Positions 63,841-64,000 of a DNA stretch of 64,000 bases are shown here, piece after piece. How positions within the stretch are numbered: the first letter of the stretch is position 1; every line of letters begins with the position of its first letter. A program made the position numbers and the translations under genes. The DNA lies in contig JAZUQL010000085.1 of the NCBI GenBank assembly GCA_045605685.1, forward strand, positions 68,018 through 132,017, read 5' to 3'. Below the pieces are notes generated by a model. The model worked only from the letters and a program-made list of their open reading frames with translations, was not told the origin of the DNA and did not search any database. This stretch comes from Lachnospiraceae bacterium (GTDB lineage: Bacteria; Bacillota; Clostridia; Lachnospirales; Lachnospiraceae).

Positions 63841-64000
63841 ATGAAAGAAATTAAGAATGTCTTAATTTGTGGGGCAGGAATGATGGGAAAAGGTTTGGCA
63901 CAGGTTTTTTCCGGCTGTCCTGACCTTACAGTTACAATTCATAACAGAAGAGAAAGAGAAGTCTTTGGACCAATCAGAGACAACTTTAATCAGTTAAAAG
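63841..64000 (+). CDS. 3-hydroxyacyl-CoA dehydrogenase-like protein, N-terminal fragment (runs off window)
   Basis: MKEIKNVLICGAGMMGKGLAQVF Rossmann start, AGGAGAAG RBS. Confidence 0.6.
   Translation, partial: MKEIKNVLICGAGMMGKGLAQVFSGCPDLTVTIHNRREREVFGPIRDNFNQLK

Noticed and set aside
1-64000. Scan for tRNA, rRNA, CRISPR arrays, toxin-antitoxin pairs or recognisable phage-defence gene clusters
   Set aside because: None was recognised by eye. Intergenic regions are short and are explained by promoters, terminators, the T-box and the element junctions. A tRNAscan/Rfam/defence-system HMM run would be needed to exclude small or divergent examples.

Overview
AT-rich Firmicutes/Clostridia chromosome segment. 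The spoIIAA-spoIIAB-sigF operon shows it is a spore-former, and a FapA-like gene and an MCP-like gene hint at motility. A Lachnospiraceae-like origin is only a guess. Layout: (i) 1-25.6 kb is a cell-surface glycopolymer locus. An ISL3 insertion has cut the CpsB-type tyrosine phosphatase gene. It is followed by a Wzz/BY-kinase pair, two LCP ligases, a GH3 protein and two tandem papain-like (C1) proteases with aromatic wall-binding-type repeats. Next come an O-acyltransferase, a PglF/PglE/PglC-like amino-sugar initiation module, a large polytopic membrane protein next to a UbiA/DPPR-synthase-like prenyl-phosphate phosphoribosyltransferase, a GT2, and precursor genes (phosphoglucomutase, UAP1-type UDP-HexNAc pyrophosphorylase, glmS). 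(ii) 25.7-28.8 kb carries htrA, gtrA-family, luxS and mtnN. (iii) 28.8-32.5 kb holds the most interesting feature. A PdaB-like NodB polysaccharide deacetylase gene is split by a 2,947-bp element whose main gene is a large serine recombinase. The two halves rejoin in frame across a shared GA dinucleotide, and both the reconstructed attB and attP are dyad-symmetric about it. This resembles the skin-type sporulation 'intervening elements'. (iv) 32.6-43.4 kb carries a membrane-tethered XRE regulator, a T-box leader with valS, a FapA/DUF342 gene, a TPR protein, the spoIIA operon, an ArsB/NhaD transporter and a cytidylate-kinase-like gene. (v) 43.5-57.9 kb is a sugar-utilisation and signalling locus: an AraC hybrid regulator, a CUT2-type ABC transporter, a degenerate and a canonical beta-phosphoglucomutase, a LacI-type-sensor-GGDEF protein, a GH78 rhamnosidase and a soluble mini-MCP. 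(vi) 58-64 kb carries an AI-2E-family permease, CoA-transferase A/B, a MATE pump, HxlR, a cupin, an SDR and a 3-hydroxyacyl-CoA dehydrogenase start. No rRNA, tRNA or CRISPR array was seen. All calls come from reading translated motifs and DNA by eye; no database search was run.
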